DNA from: the human T2T-CHM13v2.0 reference genome, Homo sapiens
Reading direction: 5' to 3' (one strand)
Assembly: GCF_009914755.1 (NCBI RefSeq)
Contig: NC_060926.1
Length of the DNA: 64,000 nucleotides
The translations under genes were made by a program, and so were the position numbers. The first letter of the stretch is position 1; every line of letters starts with the position of its first letter. A model generated the notes under the pieces. The model was not told the origin of the DNA and ran no database searches. It saw only the letters and a program-made list of their open reading frames with translations. Positions 57,242 to 64,000 of the stretch are shown piece after piece.

Positions 57242-58591
57242 GTCAAAGATCAGTTGGTGGTAACTATTTGGCTTAGTTTCTGGGTTCTTCATTCTGTTCC
57301 ATTGTCTATGCAGTTACTTTTATACTAGTATCATGCTGTTTTGCTTACTATAGCTTTGTAGTATAATTTGAAGTCAGGTAATGTGATGCCTCCAGATTTG
57401 TTCTTGCTTAGGATCGCTTTGCCTACATGGGTTCTCTTTATGGTTCCATATGAATTTTAAGGTTATTTTCTCTAATTCCATATTAAATAATGTTGGTATT
57501 GTGATAGAAATTGGATTGAATCTGTAGATTGCTTTGGGCAGTATGGTCATTTTCATAATATTGATTCTTCCAATCCATGAGCATAAAATGTATTTTCATT
57601 TGTTTGTGTCATCTACGATTCCTTTCAGCAGCGTTTTGTAGTTCTCCTTGTAGAGATCTTTCACCTCTTTTGTTAAGTATAGTCTTAGGTATTTTATTTT
57701 GTGCAGCTATTACAACAGAGATTGAGTGGTTAATTTGATTCTCAGCTTGGTTGTTGGTGGTGTAAAGCAGTGCTACTGATTTGTGTACATTGATTTTCTA
57801 AAGTGAGACTTTACTGAATTTATTTATCAAAACTAGGAGTTTTTGGAAGGGTTTTTAGGATTTCCTCTGTATATGATAATGCCACTAGTGAAGAGAGATA
57901 GTTTGACCTCCTCTTTTCCAATTTGGATGCCCTTTATTTCTTTCTCTTTTCTGATTGCTCTGGCTTGAATGTCCGTTACTATGTTGAATAGAAGTGGTGA
58001 AAATGAGCATCCTTGTCTTCTACCGGTTTTTAGGGGGAATGCTTTCAACTTTTTCCCATTTAGTATGTTGTTGGCTGTGGGTTTGTCATATATGGCTTTT
58101 GCTATTTTGAAGTATATTACTTCTGTTACTAGTTTGTTGAGGGTTTTTATCATAAAGGATACTGGACATTATTGACTACTTTTTTGCATTTATTGTGATT
58201 ATTGTATTGTTTTTGTTTTAATTCTGTTTATGTGGTGAATCACATTTATTGACTTGAATATGTTCAACCATCCCTGCATCCCTGGGATGAAACCCACCTG
58301 ATTATGCTGAATTATCTTTTTGATGTGCTGTTGGATTCAGTTTGCTAGTATTTAATTCAAGATTTTGGTGTCTATGTTCATCAGGGGTATTGGTCTGCAA
58401 TTTCCTTCCTTCCTTCCTTTCTTTTCTTTCTTTTCTTTCTTTCTTTCCCTCCCTCCCTCCCTCCCTCCCTCCCTCCCTCCCTCCCTCCCTTCCTTCCTTC
58501 CTTCCTTCCTTCCTTCCCTCCTTCCTTCCTTTCTCTCTCTCTCTTTCTTTCTCTCTCTCTCTCTTTCCTTCCTTCCTTTCTTCCTTCCTTC

Positions 58592-58670
<79 letters not shown>

Positions 58671-59745
58671 TCCTTCTTTCATTGTCTCCTTTCCTGGCTT
58701 TGGTATTAAAGGTGATACTGGCTTCATAGAATGAGTTAGAGAGGATGCCTTCTTTTTCAATCTTTTGGAATAGTTTTAGTTGATTGGTACCAACTCTTCT
58801 GTGAATATCTAGTAGAATTCAGCTGTGAATCTATCTGGCCCTGGGAATTTCTTGTTGGCAATTTTTAAGTTACTGATTCAATCTGACTGCTTGTTATTGA
58901 TCTGTTAAGGATTTCTATTTCTTCCTGATTTAAGCTAGGAAGTTGTATCTTTCCAGGAATACATATGCATAGAAGTGTTTCTAGTAGACTTTTGAATAAT
59001 CTTTTGTATTTCTGTAGTGTCAGTTGTAATGTCTCCATTTTCATTTCTAATTTAACTTACTTGAATCTTCTTTCTTCTTTTTTTGGTTAATCTAGCTAAT
59101 GGTCTATCAATTTTGTTTATATTTTCAAACAGCCAGCTTTTTGGTTCATTGATCTTTTGTATTTTATTATTTTTGTTTTAATTTCATTAAGTAGTGCTCT
59201 GATCTTTGTTTTTTCTTTTCTTTTGCTAGTTTTAGGTTGAATTTGATCATTATACCTCAGTCCCTGAGGTATAATGTTAGTTTGTCAATTTTTCATCTGA
59301 AAGAGTCTGAAAGAGACTTTTTTAATGCAGGCATTTAGCACTATAAACTTTCCTCTTAATACTGCTTTTGCCATATGCCAGTGGTTTTGATAACTTGTGT
59401 CACTATTTTCATCATTTTGAAGAATTATAAAATTTCCATCCTGATTTCATTATTAACCCACAAAATCATTCAGGAGCAGATAATTTAATTTCCATATATT
59501 TCTATAGCTTTGAGGGTTCCTTTTGGAGTTGCTTTTTAGTTTCATTACATTGTGGTCTGAGAAAATACTTGATACAATTTTGATTTTAAAAAATTTATTG
59601 AGACTTGTTTTGTAGCCCATTATATGGTCTATCTTGGAGAATGTTCCATGTGCTTATGAGGAGAATTTATATTCTGAAGTTATTGGGTAGAATGTTCTAT
59701 AAATATCTATTAGGTTCATTTGTTCTGCAGTGCAGTTTAAATCCA
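57242..59745 (-). mobile_element. L1PB-like internal ORF2 fragment, truncated at both ends
   Basis: Minus-strand ORFs 57374-57556 and 57833-58153 ([22 protein letters not shown]); no 3' UTR or poly-A. Confidence 0.88.
58400..58680. repeat. Compound (TTCC)(TCCC)(TC)(TTTC)n microsatellite inside the L1PB
   Basis: Directly visible; includes a long pure TTTC run; explains the ORFs at 58302-58760. Confidence 0.97.
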
Positions 59746-61640
59746 GACTACCAGACCTCAAAATATACTACAAACTGTTACCACCAAAACAGTATGGTAC
59801 TGTCATAAAAACACACACATAGACTAATGATGGAGAATAGAGAGCTCAGAAATTAAATCACATATCTACAGCCAAGTGATTTTTGACAAAGGTATCCAGA
59901 ACACTCACTGGGGAAAGGAAAGTAACTTCAATAAATTGTACTAGAAAAACTGGATATCCATGTACAGAGGAATGAAACTAGACCTCTAGTTCTCACACTA
60001 TAAAAAAATCAACTCAAAATGGGTCAAAGATCTAATTGTAAAATCTGAAACTATAACATATCTAGAAGGAAAAAAGGAAAAATGCCTCAGGATATTGGTT
60101 AGCAAAAATATTTTATGACTTTTGTAAGACCTTAAAAAGACAGGCGACAAAAGCAAAAACAAATAAATGGGATTATATCCAACTAAAAGACTTCAATACA
60201 GAAAAGGAAACAATCAACAGTATGAAAAGACAATCTACAAAATGGTAGATAATATTTTCAAACTATTTATCTGACAGGAGATTAATATTCAGAATATACA
60301 AGGACTCAAACATCTCTACAGCGAAAAAACCTGAAACAATCAAATTTAAAAATAAGGAAATGATCTGAACAGACATTTCACAAAATAATACATACAAATG
60401 GCCAAGAAATATATGAAAAATGCTCAACATCATTAATTATCAGAGAAATAAAAATAAAAACCACAATGAAGTGTCATTTCACCCCAGTTAGGTTGGCTAT
60501 TATCAAAAATAATAAATGGTGGGAAGGATGTGGAGAAAAGGGAACTCTTATACACTGTTGGTGGTAATGTATACTAGTATTGTCACTATGGAGAAGAGTA
60601 TGAAGGTTTCGCAAAAAACTACAAATAGAACTGCTATGTGACCCAGCAATTCCCCCTACTGGGAATTTACCCAAAGAAAAGAAAATTATTATATCGAATA
60701 GACATCTGCACCCCCATGTTTATTGCAGTACTATTCACAATAGCCAAGATATAGAATCAACCTAGGTGTCCAACAACAGAAGAATAAAGAAAATGTGGCA
60801 TATATACACGATGGAATTCTATTCAGCCATAAAAAATAATGAAATCCTGTCATGTACAGCAATATGGAAGGAATTGGAGAACATTATGTTAAGTGAAATA
60901 AGCCAGGAAGGGAATAAACACAACATGTTCTCACTCATATTTGGAAGCCAAAAAAAGTCGATCGCATAGAAATAAGTAAAAAGTAGAACAGAGGATACTA
61001 GACGCTGGGAAGGGTAAGGGAAAAAGACGGGTGAGGAAAGATTTGTTAATGAATATAAAACTACAGCTAGAGAGGTAGAATGAGTTCTGTTGTTTCATAC
61101 CACATAAGTATGACTATAGTTATGATATGGTTAGTCTGTGTCCCCACTGAAATCTCATCTTGAATTGTAGCTCCCATAATTCCCTCACATTGTGGGAGGG
61201 ACCCAGCAGGAGATAACTGAATTATGGGGGCAGTTTCCCCCATACTGTTCTTGTGGTCATGATTAAGTCTCATGAGATCTGATGGTTTTATAAGGGGAAA
61301 CCCCTTTTGCCTGGCTCTTTCATTCTCTTTTGTTTGCTGCCATGTAATGTGTCCCCTTTGCCTTCTGCCATGATAGTGAGGCCTCCCCAGCCAAATGGAA
61401 CTGTAAGTCCATTAAACCTCTTTTTCTTATAAATTGCCCAGTCTCAGGTATGTCTTTATCAGCAACATGAAAACGGACTAATACAGGTTAACAAAAGTAT
61501 ATGATATACTTTTAAAGAGCTGGAAGCAGAATAGTGAACATTCCCAACACATATAAATGATACATGTTTGAAATTATATGTATTGAAATATCACTATGTA
61601 ATCCCAGAATATGTAAAATTATTATGTCAACTAAAAATAA
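59746..61640 (+). mobile_element. L1MA4/5-like 3' portion, interrupted by a THE1 solo LTR
   Basis: ORF2 tail (60766-60969: [19 protein letters not shown]); 3' UTR 'agtagaacagaggatactaga...tacagctaga...tgactatagtta|ggttaacaa...attattatgtcaactaaaaat'. Confidence 0.85.
61123..61485 (+). mobile_element. THE1B/C-like solo LTR
   Basis: tgatatggtt...ggactaataca; TSD-like agtta (61118-61122) and ggtta (61486-61490). Confidence 0.93.
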
Positions 61641-61659
61641 TACTAAAAACCATTAAAAT

Positions 61660-62490
61660 TAACAGAGAAGAGTAAGTGCCCAAGATAACCAAGAAACATA
61701 TAAAAAATTACAGCAAGGAGTGTCTTGGAATAAGAATATACTAAAAGATGTTATGATCAAGTCAGTATGGTACTTGTGTAAGACTGAATAAATATCTTAA
61801 GTGAATGGAATCAAGAATTAGATACAAACATATTTGAAATTTAATATACAATTAAGTTAGTAGTTTAATTCAGAGAAAAAAACCTAAATGTTCCTAAACA
61901 ATGAGGAAGTTATTCTAAACTAGACTTAAAACCCAGAAGATATGTAACTGTACAAAATCATAGCTGTATTGATTATGTTTATACATTCAAACATGCTGTA
62001 TATAATATATATTAATATATATGCATATATATAATGGCAAAAATTATCACAAGTGAAATCAATAGACAAAATATAGATTTGAAACACAACATTTCTAAGA
62101 CAAATAGGAGAAAAGGAGAGTTCTTAGAAACCAAGAAATAAATAAAAATAAACTAACCTAAAATGAACAAGGATATGAATAGACAATTCTGATGAAATCA
62201 CATGAGTTCAGGGCAGTATGGCAGTAGGCTGAAGAGACAATTCAAAGACCAAATTTAATTGGCGCCAAATCATATGCTGCTAAATTTCAAAAGTAGCCAC
62301 CGAATGCAAATTACAATAAAAATGTTTACTGTGTCTACCAAAAAAAACCTGAAAAAATGAAAATAGCAAAAATATTTTTGGCAGATATGTGGAAAAGAAC
62401 ATTTCACTACATTGCTGTTGAAGTGAATTTTTAATCCCTTTTGTCAAAAACAACATGGCTTTCAAAATTTTATAGTATAAAAATAAAAAC
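61660..62490 (+). mobile_element. Very old L1 (L1ME-like) ORF2 3' fragments
   Basis: 'cagtatggtacttgtgtaag', 'caaggatatgaatagacaattc', 'tggcagatatgtggaaaa...cattgctgttgaagtg'. Confidence 0.55.
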
Positions 62491-62498
62491 ACTATTGT

Positions 62499-64000
62499 GG
62501 ACTTCTGGTTTTCAGTCCAGCAAGTAAAGAGCTTAGAAGTCTTCACTCCATCTCAATAAAGACTACAAATCTGAACAAACTGAAAACTCAATCACTCTTC
62601 TTACATCCCTCAGGGAAGTGAAGTCACAATGCATACTACTAACCCCAAATTAGAGAGACACAGGTGGATACAGAGTATCACAACTTACCACAGCAGAAAC
62701 CCACAATCAGAAACTTCCATGGGAGTTAGTGCCAGAATAGGAAAACCAGTGCGGTAATCAACATATTGCTAGAAGTTCAGTGTGGACAAGCCTGAGACAT
62801 TAAAAACAACAGGAAGACTCAGTCATCGGTGAGCCCTAGCACTTGTGAGTTTTATCACCTGGGACTCTACCAGGTCCTCACAGTGAATGTCGGAAAAAAA
62901 GTCCTCTTGGGCTTCTTTCTGGCAGAGAAGAAGAAAAGAAACCATTTTGAAATAAGCCAGAGCATACTGTTCTCCTTAACAAGTTCTTCCATCAGGAGAA
63001 ACTATTTTACCAGAGCCTAAGCTACTGGGGTTTTGCCAGAGCATAATCTAGCTGGGGAAAGGGAAGTATTCAACTTCAGCCCTCTCTAGTCTTCCAAGTG
63101 GGGAAAAAGAAATACACAACTTCAGCTCCCTCCAGCCATCCTGTTGCACATAAAGAGAGAAAATGAACAAACAAACAAACAAAGGGAAACCTAAGAAGCA
63201 CTGGTGAAGTTTACAGTCCAGGGCTTCAGGCTCACCAAAAGACTAAGACCTTCATAGACTTACAGAACACTTCCGCAACCACATGCACCTTACCGCCACA
63301 TTCCTGAAGGCTTATTTACAGCAGTTCCTTTACCTAGAACATCAGATCTGGCTATCAAGGAAAAATTACAGAAATACTAAAAGGGAAAACAGTCTGAAGA
63401 GACTGAACTAGCATCAAAACCAGAGTCAGATAAAGTAGGAGTTTTAGAATGATCAGACCAGGAGTTAAAAAACAAAACAAAACAATGCTTAGTATGCTAA
63501 GGAGTTCAATGGAAAAAGTAGATAACATACAAGAAAATATGAATAATATAAACAGATATATGACATCTCTAAAAACAAATAAAAAAGAAATGCTAGAGAT
63601 GAAAAACCCTAACAGAAAAAGAATGCCTTTTATCGGCTGTAATGTAGACTGAACATGGCTCAAGAAAGTATCTCTGAGCTTGAGGATCTATCTGTAGAGA
63701 CTCTCAAAACTAAAAAACAAAGAGAAATAAATTTAAAAAGAAAACAGAACAGAACACAATATCCAACTACTGTGGGGCGAATATAAGGGCTTTAATTATA
63801 GAATACCAGAAGGAAAAGGAAGAAATAAAGAAAGAAAAGTAATATTTGAAGTATTAATGACTGACAATTTTTCCAAATTTAGGTCAGACATCAAACTACA
63901 GATACAGGAAGCTCAAAGAACACCAAGAAGGATGAAAGTGCCAAGAAAAAACTAAAGCATATCATATTCAAACTTCAGAAGATTAAATATAAAGAAAACA
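62499..64000 (+). mobile_element. 5' end of an old L1M element (5' UTR and ORF1 remnant), continuing beyond the window
   Basis: 'gacttctggtttt...aaagagcttagaagtc...ctgaacaaactgaaaa' is L1MC/MD-like 5' UTR; ORF1-like MLSMLRSSMEKVDNIQENM (63449-63652) and 'cagatacaggaagctcaaagaacacca...atcatattcaaact'. Confidence 0.8.

Noticed and set aside
58302-58760. Long charged or hydrophobic ORFs (also 49887-50220 and 20203-20573)
   Set aside because: Translations of microsatellite and low-complexity tracts.
57242-61640. Antisense plus sense L1 as a single twin-primed insertion
   Set aside because: The two parts overlap by ~135 bp of ORF2 but differ substantially there and look like different subfamilies (L1PB-like vs L1MA4/5-like); no enclosing TSD was found.

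Overview
This is AT-rich, CpG-poor primate genomic DNA. Young AluY and L1PA3-like copies point to a catarrhine, most likely human or great ape. It is an intergenic or deep-intronic, repeat-dense region with no recognisable host protein-coding gene, RNA gene or CRISPR array. Well over half the window is transposon-derived: near-full-length old L1M elements (13.1-19.8 kb and 30.0-37.9 kb, minus strand), truncated L1PB/L1PA copies, nine Alu/FLAM elements, a two-LTR MST-type MaLR carrying nested THE1 and MSTA-like insertions, an ERVL remnant, and MLT1, L2, MIR and MER elements. The longer ORFs in the track are decayed L1 ORF1/ORF2 pieces, Alu read-through or microsatellite artefacts. I found no new multi-gene biological system. 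The most interesting signals are unusual insertion architectures: a three-segment L1PA insertion whose inverted part is circularly permuted (39.7-43.1 kb); a 1.16 kb GC-richer island with ancient repeats lodged between broken L1s and bounded by a short direct repeat (56.1-57.2 kb); an ~80 bp twin-primed micro-L1; a micro-L1 with a possible mini 3' transduction; fold-back inversions at two deletion junctions; and an intact DUX4-type motif in a THE1 LTR. Subfamily names come from recalled consensus sequences, not a RepeatMasker run, and boundaries of old elements are approximate.
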